A stretch of 64,000 nt of DNA from Corallochytrium limacisporum Hawaii (taxonomy: Eukaryota > Protista > Pluriformea), in the NCBI GenBank assembly GCA_002811645.1, contig PDIP01000085.1:38202-102201 (forward strand), in the 5' to 3' direction. A model generated the notes under the pieces. It did not search any database, was not told the DNA's origin, and worked only from the letters and a program-made list of their open reading frames with translations. The stretch's first letter is position 1, and every line of letters begins with the position of its first letter. This document shows, piece after piece, positions 41,708 to 54,182 of this stretch. The position numbers and the translations under genes are program-made.

Positions 41708-42841
41708 TTAACTCCACCACTCGAGCTCGCCGCGGGCCTTGGCGTATACAAACTCGCGGCCTTCCAGCACGACAATGACAAGGGACAGATCAACTTTCCA
41801 TTTGTTCTTTGTCTTCGGTTTCGTGACCTTGTCGTACATACAGATGATGGCGTCGCACTGCTCATCTTCTTCATCATCCTCTACGTTTGAATTAGCACCA
41901 AGTGAGTCTGAATCATCATCTCGATAGTCTGCAGCGTCCAGATTGGTGAGATGGCTATGGTGTGCCGGTAGTCCGAACTCCTTCTTTTCTTCTTCCGGTT
42001 TTTCTGGTTCTGCTTCCGCGGACGCAGGAGCTTCTGGGGCTGGGGTCGCTCCAGGTCCCTTATCATCTTCGACCTCCTCAAACTCGTCCTCATCGTCGTC
42101 ATCGGCAGGGCCGTCCTCCTGGGGGATTAGTAACTGATGCCGACGGATACTGTCTTGGATGTCATGTTGCAACCGGCTCGGGTTCTTTCGCAGTGCTTTC
42201 TCTTCAATTCTCCATTGCCGCAGGGCTGCATATCCTTTCTCCCTAAGGGCTTGAAGTGCATCCAAGCCATACTGGACATCCATGTGGATGCTTCCGTTAC
42301 CATGGTCATCATCATTATCGTCGTTCTCCCGGCCTCTGCTCTCGGATTCATGAATGTTCGTGGGGTTCGCGCTGTTCTCTGCGTGTTGCTGATGTCCTCC
42401 CCCGGGTGTTCCAAATGGAAACGGAAACCCACCTGGTCCTGGATGAGGTTGACCATATCCACCTCCGTAGCCACCCCACGGTGGGTACCCACCGTGGGGC
42501 GGAGGCTGCGGAGGCTGTCCGTATCCCGGGCCCCAGTGGCCGCCATTGCCGGGCGGTTGCGACGGCGGTTGCTGGTCGTCATCCTTACTGGGCTTCCCTG
42601 GTTTCGGCTTTGGCTGTTTCGGCTCCTCATCGTCTTCTTCTTCTTCCTCCTGCTCGGCAGACGCTTCATCGGTGGGCCACACGTCCTGCTTTTCAAGATT
42701 TGACCACCAGATTTCTTTAAAGTCCTCCAAAATTCTATAGTCCATACCGGCATCTACAAACTCTGATTGCACCTTCTCTACCACATCGTGGATGACTTTA
42801 GCATATGCTTCCTTCACAGGATTTTGTTGTTTGCGAGGCAT
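41708..42841 (-). CDS. GTF2A1: Transcription initiation factor IIA large subunit (alpha/beta; TOA1)
   Basis: N-terminal Y..VI.DV...V..EF...G.D..IL......W..NL, an acidic linker, and C-terminal IICMYDKV....KNKWK..L...IV..G+EFV+.KA.GE.EW. Confidence 0.92.
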   Translation of the reverse strand: MPRKQQNPVKEAYAKVIHDVVEKVQSEFVDAGMDYRILEDFKEIWWSNLEKQDVWPTDEASAEQEEEEEDDEEPKQPKPKPGKPSKDDDQQPPSQPPGNGGHWGPGYGQPPQPPPHGGYPPWGGYGGGYGQPHPGPGGFPFPFGTPGGGHQQHAENSANPTNIHESESRGRENDDNDDDHGNGSIHMDVQYGLDALQALREKGYAALRQWRIEEKALRKNPSRLQHDIQDSIRRHQLLIPQEDGPADDDDEDEFEEVEDDKGPGATPAPEAPASAEAEPEKPEEEKKEFGLPAHHSHLTNLDAADYRDDDSDSLGANSNVEDDEEDEQCDAIICMYDKVTKPKTKNKWKVDLSLVIVVLEGREFVYAKARGELEWWS

Positions 42842-43709
42842 GGCGGTCAGGGTGCTGTCTTGTACCGCCGGTAACCCAGAATAGAATATTTACCTTAGCA
42901 ATGACAGGTCATCTACTAGTATGTAGGGTTTCGTGATACCACAATGCCGGGTAAAGACAGTTCTTTAAATTTGGTAAACTTTCTTGAATGTTTCTTATCT
43001 CCTTTACAACACTGCACTCTCGCTCTGGCGTCCCACTGCGCTATTTTGGAGGCAATTCTTTGGACCCGAACAACAACAACACTTGTTCTGAAATTGAAGT
43101 CCCTTCTTCTTGATTCTCAGGGACCTGCACGTGTTGGCCTATCCACGTGCTCGGAAATTCTCAATACAATAAATTTCCCCCGTTTAGTGTTTAGTATAGT
43201 GTCCCCACTGATCTACCTTTTCATGAAAGCGAAAGCGAAGACAACAAACTACATCGTTGCTCTTGTGGCTATCGCTTGCGCAGTCCTGCGCACTGGAAGG
43301 TCTCCAGTTTCCTTTTCGTCCCCCTCCCCGTCTGCCCCCCCCCCCCCCCCCCTCTCTTTTTTCCTATTGTGCCCAAGAACGGATAAACAGCCACTGACGG
43401 CCGCAAAACAGGCATATGTCCCAGGGCCCGATTGACCCCCGGTACTACCGCGATTGGAACCGAACCGCATTCTCCGCCGCAGGTAGCAAATACCTCCCAT
43501 GTTTATTCCTACAAAATATTAACTGATACCCTAATACAACATTGGTTTTTTGAATTGAACAGAGGTCCAGCTGGTTGGGGGAAGGGTGCGGAAATGCAGG
43601 GGGGAGCTCCGTGTCACTCGACTGATGCGGTGCTGCCTCAGTCCCGGCCCCAAACCAGTGCGGTGGAAATACTGTGGGATCCGAGTTTACTCGGAACGCG
43701 GGTAGAGTG

Positions 43710-44283
43710 GATGACGAACTACTAGCCAAGTACTACCAGCGGAACGGCATGCTGCTAAAGACGGAAGGAGAATACGAGCTGGCGAAGCAGGAATCCAGTC
43801 GAGGACTGTACCACTTGACGGTGAAGGCCGGGCCCCACAGCAGTCGCTGCACCGGCGGTATTTTTCAAACTGCTGGCCTATACATGGTGCGAGGTGGCCA
43901 AGAGACGGCCTTGGCCCTGTACGACACCGTCGTTTCCATATGGGCGGCGACTTTGATCACGATCCTCAGCCTGTCCTCTGACGACGGTTCCAGTCTCAGC
44001 GATGACCATGCTTCGGAGGCACGGGTCAAGCGGCTGCATATCTTTGGAGATCCGCAAGACCCGCCGCGGCGAAGCGCACAAGACAGTGGGCGAGGCGTGC
44101 GCAACACTCGGTCTGCATGCGTACGCCACCGACAACGTCCCGGAGGCCCTGGAGTTTGCCAGCAAGGCCTACGCCAACTACGAGCAGATCTTTGGCAAGA
44201 ACGATGCCCTCACTTTAAGTATTGACTCGTTCCTGAAACGAATCCAAAAGGGAACGCGATCACAATTGGATTGCAGCGTATGA
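43710..44283 (+). pseudogene. ZMYND12: Truncated, frameshifted ZMYND12 (inner-arm dynein-associated p38)-like gene
   Basis: LAKYYQRNGMLL..EGEYELAK....GLY.....GP.S.RCTGGIFQTA......G..E.A.ALY..V..IW...L and EA...L.I/LEIR...GE.H..VGE match the ZMYND12 TPR-like region (GTEDIRTSGGYF...LY..V..IW; EA...L..IL.IR). There is a +1 frameshift at about 44043-44047, no in-frame start ATG upstream and no MYND finger. Confidence 0.7.
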
Positions 44284-47200
44284 ATGGCCAAATCCAATGA
44301 GCATGCAACATGTATGAAAACGACCTGAATCAGTGGACAAAGAGCTAACCCAGGGACCACGCCCAGCTCGCCTTGGCCGTGCGGTGCGGTCCGCACACCC
44401 CACATTTCTTCTGTGGGCCAGATTGCGCAAGCTGGCGCACACAGCTCGGACCCCTGTTCAAGGTAGTGGTCTCCACCTGCCAAAGGGAGCAGGTCGTAGT
44501 GAGGGGACCCACGGACCGGCGATCATTTCACTGGGCCCACCACTTTATCCCTCGCCACTGATATAAGCTCCGTATATATTTACTACCGATGGGTTCCTTA
44601 ATACGCCCTACCGAGCCGGCGTTTTAATTTGCGCCGATTGTATGTTCCCGATAGCGAGTGTATGGAGCCGGGCCCCTCAACGGGGAAATTTGTGAACGAC
44701 CAAGCTCAATTAAGGAGGAGGTGCGCACTGCTACAGAGTGATCTCATCACCTGACCCCCGTCCTTCGGTTCAGTGAACATACCACCACTATAGCCTTCCC
44801 GCACACACCGCGGGAAGTATTCCTCAGACTTTACACAGGTATGGGTGTATCTGTAGCCTGCCTCACTCCTGCATTTCATGCGCACACGCAGGAATGCACA
44901 ACGCTCAGATGTTCTTGTTGTTGACGTAAAGCAGTGGGTAGTAGCTATCTGCGGGGTCGTGATGAATACTTCGGCAGCGGCGTGAGCGGCAGTATCAAGA
45001 GATCCTCATCGTCGACGGGGTCGTCTTTGTGTTGCTCCTGTGCGCCTGAATGCTCCTCCTCCGCCTCTCTTGCATTTTGAAAACTTGGGGATGGTGGTCT
45101 GGCATGGTTTTCTCCTCGGTAGAACCGTGGATCTTTCAGGCCCGTCGTGTATTAAGGCATAAGATCATGTCTCATCGTGCTCCTGATCATTACGCCGAAG
45201 GCCGGTGATCCCACCAAAAGCCAATCCGTGGCGCATGGTGTTGCGGACCTAGTGTTGAGCGGACGGGGGAGTGAACCAAGTGGGAACATCTTCCCATCTC
45301 ATACACTACGATCGGGGCTTTTTTGGGGGAGTAGAAAAAATGCGGAATATAAAACTTACCGGAAGTTCCAGGTGCGACGGCAGCGACGTCCGAGCTCACG
45401 AGCCAGTAGCAGACGGTCCCGAGATCCTAGCAAGCGAGGTAGTACCTCACTGCCATCCACTCATCAATGGGGTGTTTGCAAACCAAGAAAAAGGATAGGG
45501 AGAGTGAAGTCGCGCGGTGGCGGTGGGTGCTGTCGAGAATGAGGAGGTCGAGCGGTGGCGGTGTGTGCTGTCAGCACGGAGGGGACAATTTCAGGCGTCA
45601 CTCATGACCTTAATCTAGCTACAAGTTGGGAAAGTGATCGGGGGAACGAAGAATGAGGCAACCCGTGATCAGTGATGAAGATGCTGGATGATGCGGATAG
45701 GGGTTGAAGGGGGTTTACAACATCGCCCCCTCAAAGTATTTCTTCTGCGGTGTCGTCCGGAAGTGACGTACTTGGGAGAGTGTTTGATCCTTTGACGTTC
45801 TCAGATCCTTCAAACAGAATACGGAGCCTTGAGCGAACCAAAGCATTGCCAAAAGGTGATTCGAGGATGTGACGTCTACGCTCCTTAACCAGGCCGGGCA
45901 TTCGAGATATCGTTCAAAACAGCTACAAGGGAACCGGAGGTACAGTAGGTGATGGACGGACAGCCTTATCACCCGGAAGGGCCTTATCAAGGTAATGTAG
46001 TAGATCAACGGTCAACATATTTAGCAATGCCGTTAGGAAAACAACTGAAGAACGCACTCCCACACACAGCGACACCTTGCTGGCGAGCACCTTTTTCGGT
46101 ACGGAGGCTAGCAGAGGCTGGGAAAGTATTGAAAAATATGCGTGCCATTCCGCGACTGGGTAATCGAAATCACACAATCAACCCTGTACATCGTTGCAGC
46201 TCGCAAGAGCGAGCTCGGCTATCATCCGTCCGCAGCGGGGTTGGAAGCGGGCCTCATTGCCCCTGCTGCTGCCTTCTTGAATTCTTTCTTCGTTCTTGTT
46301 CGAACTTTTCATGCTGGCGGACACGCAGTCGTTAATACAACAATTCTCTATATATTAGGTACTTATATTTGAATTCCTACGACCCACCAGGGGAGAGCTT
46401 CTTTTGGTTGTATGTCCTTTGTTCCTGCAACGCAATCATGTTCCTTTGACCGCACACCGTACAAATCATTAGGCCGAGAACCAGCAGAGAAGGCCCCGTA
46501 AGCGATGAGCGCATTGCATTCTTTATGTATTAAATCCTCGCAGTCCTCTTTGGAGAGGGCTATTTTTTTTTTCGGATTGAGTTGGCAGCCTCTCAACTAT
46601 GTGGCCTGACGTCCATTTTCCACGAACGTTGATACGCCAACTTTTCCTTCTCCGCTTCGGTGGCCCGCATGGTTAATGTATGCGGATTCTGGATCCAGTG
46701 GCTGGCGTGTTCAAGGAAGGATCCTTTGTATGCTTCAGGTCCGTTATCTCGCTCACAGTGGCAAGACACCAGGTACGTGTACATGGCTCAGGAAGTCATA
46801 GCTCGGGGTGCGCGACCTTCTACATAGTACATTATCTATACAACACATGGGGAGACGTCGTAGAAGGAGTTCCGTGTCCAGGCAAATGAAAAAAACGGGG
46901 AAGAGTAAGAACAGTGGAAAAAGGACATTAAGCCGGGTGAGTACGCTGGGACACATCGCTCAGCGAGCGGCTCAAGACAGAGGCTACACCCTCATGAACG
47001 CCAAAGTTTTTTTTAAAAAAGGGCAGTTCTGTTGTGCGGCCCGCACCAAGAAAGGCAGGGTGCTCTTCATGCTATATGAATTAAACGACGAAGAAAAAAC
47101 TACAGTTGTTGACCAAACCGGTGTTTGGATACGGTTGGGAAGGCGGCAATTAAAACGCCTACCACTACCCCCGCCTTGGGCGAGCCACATACTTGCCTCC

Positions 47201-50200
47201 TATTGCACATTCCGTGGTACGGAACGTAATTCACACGTTCACTTATTGTGATTTAGGGGTTTTCTCATATAAGGCCAGCACATGCCCATTTCCAGGCATG
47301 TCTCCGTGAAGGACGAAGACGAGGGAGGACGAGGCATCGACGCGCGAGTGGGGGCTGCTTGCCGGGAAATGTAAACATACTTTTGCTCAACGTTTGATCG
47401 CACACTAATCGTAAGCTCGTGAGCGCGACATGCTGAGCGGTCCAAGAAATTGGGTAATGGACGATGAGCTAGCACTTAGAAAGAACCGACAACGTTAATA
47501 GATTCATGTTTCCTGGGGGTCAGTAGCCCACTAAGGTGAGGAACGTCTTCTTGTACGGCGATCCCATTTGGAAAAGGATACCTTCCATGTGCACAATTTG
47601 TTCCGGCAATTGATATCTACCTGCGACCCCTCCCCTTTGTCCCATCCTTTGTCTGTTTGACATAATTTTCTGTGTCCGTTCGTTCCGCCTTTGCCTTTCT
47701 ATGGTTTTCCGGTATTTTATCCTTGTTGTTGCGAAACAGTTCCCCGTCAATTGTGGGGGCGGAGTTAGTGATCACTGTGGATCATTGACTCGGATAAGTC
47801 CCAAAGGAGAGTATGTTCTGCACTCCATGAGGATCATGTACTCCTAGGCCGGAACGAGAGCCTCACTTTGCAGAAGAGCTCTAGTCCTGTTCCTTAATCA
47901 CACACACCGAGCCTCTTCGTTCAATATGCTTTCCAGATTGTCACCCCCAGTGAGCCATGTGGGCAAGCCTTGATAAGAGTCACAGCGAAGGATCGACGGT
48001 ACGGGCATGAATACTTTATGCATGGCATGTTTGGTCACAAAATCTTCGTCGGAGCGAGTGGCCGGAACTATGTGCTGATGCCTCACCCTTGGGCGACGTA
48101 CCCGGCTCCACTCCCATCATCGAAGACCATTATCTGTTGGAACCATCCCAAGCTCTCAAATCATGCAAGTCGTAGAAGCATCAATATACACTGTTTCGGA
48201 AGGTTATGCGTTTGATACACGGTTTTTGGTCTGGACAGGGGAGAAGAACATCATCAGCGGACACAATACGAAGGATATTGTAGGCGGCGAACAGTTACAC
48301 CTTATGTTGTCGTTGTAACCGATAATATGATGATGTGTGTCGCCGTATGGATATCAAAATCAGTGTTGACATCATTATTCTGTTCGTTCCCTCTTCTCCC
48401 GACCCATATTTGCATTTTGCCCAGACTGAATGAACGAACATGTGTGTACGGCGAGCGAACCCCATTGAACACTTTTCAAAAAAGCCATTTCGGACCCACA
48501 CGGGTTGTGAAGGGAAGGAGAACAGCAGCAGCTCTGATGAAGGATGGGGCCACCCGTCATTCAGACCCGCATTCTTGTGTCAGAGATATTCCTTGCGCTT
48601 GATAATTAAAATCTGCCCAAGTAAGATATCGAATTGTATACTGGACCCTTTGACTTTTTCCCTTGCCTGAACTACTCATGTGATCTGCTCAAGGTACAGA
48701 GAAGCATGCTGCAGCAAGCAACGAAGCTGGAAGAACTCTTCGCGGCTTGTGGTTAAGTTCTAAAACTTCATACTTGGCTTCGTACCACGGAGCGGGCAGA
48801 GAGACAGCGACTTAGCTCAGCACTGGGCAAACGCACCGCTTGTTTGTCTATATACTCTTCAGTCAAGGGGGGGGGGGGGGCATTGCAGATAAATGGGAAG
48901 AACGGAGTTGTCGATTTGTATGTTTCAGGTCGTGATTGTGCGTTTGACCGTCGTGCTCACTAAAGAGGTCCCTCACGCATGGCCTCGCTTCCTCTTGGCG
49001 GCGGCTTTTGCTGCTCCATACAAACTCCTCGGAGGAGGCCACACGTTCCGCTTACGACGGGAGTGGAGCGAGAGACGGGGCGTACCAGGCCTCTGGATCT
49101 TCGGATTTGAAGTAGGTCCATGCGTCGGTAGCTAAGCTCTGGTGTGTAGAAGAATTTGAGAGTTAAGCAGTGCAAGCTGTGCATATCTCAGCGTTTTGCC
49201 GGTCGATTACAATGACATAGATAAATGAGAAAAAGTCATCACGGTAAAAATGAACACCGCCATATTCCACCTTGATATAATACCCCATCATCATACGGCA
49301 GGTATGTAGCCAATACACTCGACTTCATAGCGCAGATTGATAGTCTCGCTATCGTTTTCGGTTTTGGACTTGGTACGATTGAGAAAGGAAATTAGAAATG
49401 CTGCGCGCTCCGCTTGTCACTTAGGTTCTCGCCCCCTGCTCCTGCACATGGATTCTGTGGGCAAACCCCCTTCTCGTAATCACTTTTGTTCTCCAGGGGA
49501 TAACTCTTACATCACGGAGATGGTACAGGGATCTGGAAGGGAAGAAGAAGAATAAGGATACGGTTTTGTGTGCTGAGTGCCAAAGTGTGTTCTAGTTACG
49601 GGGATCTATATGCGCATATCCCTAACAAATCATAGGTTACGTCAAAACGGATAAGTTCTGACCCGGTCCGGTAATGTGAAAAATTCCCTTGGCATTTGTT
49701 ACTTCATTCCAGGGATCAGGCCGAAGCGACACGTTTCTGTTCAAAAGCCCAGGATAATCTGCTCGCTCGCGCCCAACTCCACCATGTGGCTCATTTTAAT
49801 GTTTTCTGCCAAAATTTCTTCACCTGCAGTGGTTCCACGCGCAGTAATAAATATATAAGAAATTTTATTGCCATTTGCTTCTTCCAAGCCGTTTTGTCTC
49901 TTGTGACACTCCTTTTCTGGCCCGGAATCGCCAGAAAAAGTCAGGAGATTAAAATTGCAGGTCTCTCCATTTGGAAAGGGCCATCCAAGAGGAGTGCCCG
50001 GACTCGATTGCTCTGTGAGGGTGGTTGCGTGGATCCAGAAGAGCCAAGGGTGTGTAGTGTGTGTGTGTATCTTGTGTGAGTGAGGGGTGACCCCTCCAGC
50101 GCGAAGCCATTCAGATATCTGTACCTTAGTCATTGACTGTCTGTCCAGCTTTGTACGGCACGGAAGGTGAGAATGGGACCATGGAGACAGCGCAAGACAG

Positions 50201-53027
50201 GCCAGCCAGAACACACCTACTCGGCGCGCAAGGCTGAAAAAAGTACGGTGAGATGGAGACCAATAAAGGCAAAAAGAAGGGAAAAAATCCTCCAGGAGCT
50301 AGGCAAAAATTATCAAATGCCACTCCCCCCTTTGCGAATTTGGGCAGAGGCCTACCCAGGCGGCGTCGCTACAGAACCACACTGCAACCCCAGCCGTCAG
50401 CTGATCCAGCCAAGGACCCACGCTTTCAATACTAAACATACCTTAAAACTCAGTCAGCAGAGGAAAACGTGGTCGATTGGAGACGGGACCAAACCCAAGA
50501 AGCAAGGGCGGCCGGAGAGAAGTCGTCAGTCCAGGACGTTCAACCGGGCGCGGAACAATAAAAAAAGGACCAAGAATTAAACAGTGATCCCTATGGCGCC
50601 AAATATTGGGTTTCGTGTCAACGACGACGGTCTTTTGCCAAGGACACGAGAGACGGCTTTTGTCAACCCACTGCTGCATTCACAAAGTCAACACACAGGA
50701 AAAAGGCCCGTATGCAGCTTCCATGGGGAGGTGCTATCCTTGCACTGAGTGATGGTCACTATGGTTTTTCTCTCTATTGTGGTTGCGTGCTGCGTGCATA
50801 TTTTTTCTGTTTTCTATTTTTCTCTTCGGGTCCTTTGACTGTGGAGAGAGCGAGACAGAGAGAGGAGCGAGAGAAGGAGTACAGGGCGCAGGGGGGGAGG
50901 TCCTTTCACAACAATACGCCCCAACGTTTCTACCACTCGCCGCGGCTAACGTGCTTGGGTGCAACGTCAACCCAAGAATACACTGCGCACAGATGGAATG
51001 GTGACCACTTCTGGATATTTGTATATAACGTATACCTGACACAATGTGTACACAAACACACCCCGACATCAGCAGATCCAGCAGAGTCGAGAGGAGACGA
51101 GATAACATGCGCAGACGATCGTGTGGTTACCCTCCTCACGCGAAACCCAGGGGCTATTTTGGTGTGTGCGTGTGTGGTGTGCCCCATACTCATTGGTTCG
51201 CCAGCGACACTTTCGGAAGTTTGTCCAGGTAATACAAAGCGTATCTATTTTTGTGCCCAGGATTTTTCATACATTACATACCACAGGAGACACACCTATA
51301 TCGAGCTCCCGATGCTCAGGACATGTCTCGAAGGACGACGACAACAAACACAGGAATGATAGAATTCTACAAGTTTTCACCAAATTTCCCCTTGCAGTAT
51401 CTATATACATATGAAACCATCAGGAACGGACGAAACATTCCAAAGTTTCAGTTTCCCAGCACGCGAGCGCTTGGCGAGTCTGCAGAACCGCAGTGGAGAG
51501 ACCCACACACGCGGTCGGGGTCTGCCGCACAACTGACAACGCTACTAACTGCGAAAAATCAGCCATAGATTTAATATTAGAAATTATACGCATGGTACCT
51601 TGGTTGCAGCTGTTCTGCAGAAGCGCAAGGGAGACAAGTTTGTAGCATACGGCATAGAAAATTGGGAGCAGACCAAAGTCCATGTGCTTGCTGCGCAACA
51701 CAAACACAGGCACAACGGGAGCCTGAAGCACCACCCCCACGTCTCCTCTCTTCACTCTTTGGCTCTCTCTCTCGTCTCTGCTTTTCTCTCTCCCTTTCTA
51801 AATCTCGTGTGCGTCTTGCTCTTTCTCCGTCTTGGCTCTTCTACTTTCTCCCTCGGTGGTGGGTCGCTCTCGCTTATATCTGTTTCTATTATTATTCTCT
51901 CTCTCGCTCTCCGTCTCGCGCTTTCTTCGTTATATTAGTAATATTAGAACGTTAGGCGCTGGCGATCTCTGGACGCTACCAATCCGTTTTCATGTCCTCT
52001 TGATCGATGGTGTCAGTGGGACTCCTTCGATCGTTCAAAGCCGTCTGGAACACTGGACAAGAATGTTTCAGTGACTGATCAGATAGGTGTCAACATCGCC
52101 CGGTGGCGGGCAATGTATATAAACACTGTGTGCCTACGTACGACTACGGACCGAACGGTAGAGAAAATGCAACCCCTTGTACGCGATGTTGAGACCAATT
52201 TCATCTTGGGCGGTTCGAATGGGCGGTTCTCGAGTAAGTGAGATGCTGAGAAAAAGTGATCTCAGCTGGCGCTCTCATCAGCCAAATTATTTGATCGCGT
52301 GAACCGCATGGAGAAATCATCTAGGCCAGTCACTACCAAAAACCAATTTCCTCCTTGCGTTTCCTTGCCAAAAGCACCTTCTCCACTCTACTCCCGGGTA
52401 GCGAATCCAATCCCCCTCCCCTCTCCCTTCCCTTTCCCTGTCTACCTGTCCGCTGTGTGCTTTGTGGACTCCCACTCTGTCGCGGTCCTTTCCTTCCCGG
52501 TTGATCAAGGTCCCCCATCCCCATCCTCCTCGCTCCCTCCCCCCCTTCCCCCGGCCAAGTGCCTAGTGAACACACCACTGTACACACACACTAGCAAAAT
52601 CTCTTGCCCCCGCATTCGTATGAAAAGAAACCGCGTACTTCGAATTACCACCCCTGCACTCCCGGTGGCGAGGAACACACAACGGCAACAAAGGACAGAC
52701 GCAAAACATTGCAGAAGATAACACAGAGAGACGAGAATCGTTCGTGACTCATAGTCTGCAGGCTACGTACATACTAGATCACTGGCACTTTTATTCAACT
52801 CTGAGAATTTATTGTCCATTGTTTCTTCCGCCGTGTCTGTTCCCTTGCGTCCAAATGACGCGTACCTGCGGATCCGGGCCAGCTGTGGCTATTTCGTGGA
52901 GATTTCGGACCGAGAGTTCCTGTGTAAAAGACTGGGAGCAGAAGCCACAGGAAAGAAAACAAAGGGGGTTGGACCCTTTTGGTGAGTTGGCAGGCAGACG
53001 GTTACTACTACCCCGGGGTGTGTGCGA

Positions 53028-53639
53028 GGGGGTTCATTTTCTTGAAGTCGGGCGAGAGACTGCTGGTGGTGGGGTGCTGTTCACCCTGGCCATCGTTGCA
53101 GATTTTTCTTCGGCCTTTAAAGGCGCACTCAACACGCACAGTTTTCCTGTAACCTCCGCCCGCGAAACAGTCGAAAGTGGAGAGACAAGCGATGTGTCGC
53201 ACGATCCCCTTGGCTCTCCGTCCGCACTGAACTCCTCCATCGATTCGCGCCTAACTCAAATGGTAGGCTTTGCATGGGAAATGAATAGAAAAAGTTTTTT
53301 GCACAAAGTCGCACAGAGTGGTGTGTGTCGCGAGACTGGAGAGAATACTGACCGCACTGAAAACCCCAAAAAGGGGGGGGNNNNNNNNNNNNNNNNNNNN
53401 NNNNNNNNNNNNNNNNNNNNNNNNNNNNNNNNNNNNNNNNNNNNNNNNNNNNNNNNNNNNNNNNNNNNNNNNNNNNNNNNNNNNNNNNNNNNNNNNNNNN
53501 NNNNNNNNNNNNNNNNNNNNNNNNNNNNNNNNNNNNNNNNNNNNNNNNNNNNNNNNNNNNNNNNNNNNNNNNNNNNNNNNNNNNNNNNNNNGGGGGTTCA
53601 TTTTCTTGAAGTCGGGCGAGAGACTGCTGGTGGTGGGGT
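53028..53639. repeat. 48-bp exact duplication either side of an N gap
   Basis: 53028-53075 equals 53592-53639; the gap spans 53381-53591. Confidence 0.8.
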
Positions 53640-54182
53640 TCTCGGGAGCGGCTAAGACCTCTCGGGGGTTTGAAAAGGCAGGGAGAGGTAAGGGAGGTTG
53701 TGGGGAGGGAGGGGGGGGAATGGCAAGGGGGGGAAGCCGTTGAGACTGCGGTCACCCTATGGTACACACCCTGGGTGCTCCGTAATACTCTGTTATGGCC
53801 GGGAGGATTCCTACCCCTTATATGTCGCTTGGCTCTTAACGGGCCTTGGTTGCCCGTTCTGTTGGCAGCGTACGGATGTAAATGCTCCAGGGGTATCATT
53901 TTAGGGTCTATCCACCTTCCTCGAATGAAATGACAGAGATGGCAATACGCTGCGAACACACATACACAGCTATGCAAGCTCTGATGGTACAAAAAGCTTA
54001 CAACCCCTGCTCGGTGTTGAAACATCTATTTATTGGCTTAGAGACCAACATACGATTCAAATTGCGATCAAACCAAGAGGGATAGAGGCGGGATAATAGA
54101 CCTGTATTCCCCGATAACAAAAGCATGGTTGCTTCATAGACTATTCGAATTCCCCTGTCAAATGTAGACCATAGATTGAACC

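Noticed and set aside
45715-46596. LTR-retrotransposon-like words (RPFRVIR; KECNALIAYGAF)
   Set aside because: Isolated short resemblances in different frames; no RT (YxDD), integrase or LTR structure found.
48930-49200. BED-finger/hAT-like words on the - strand (AEICTAC..LSNSST, DAWTYFK)
   Set aside because: The motifs are in the wrong order, interrupted by a stop, with no His pair or transposase core.
53028-53639. 48-bp repeat read as LTR or terminal repeat
   Set aside because: The second copy starts at a gap edge, with no TG..CA ends, target-site duplication or internal coding; a scaffolding artefact cannot be excluded.
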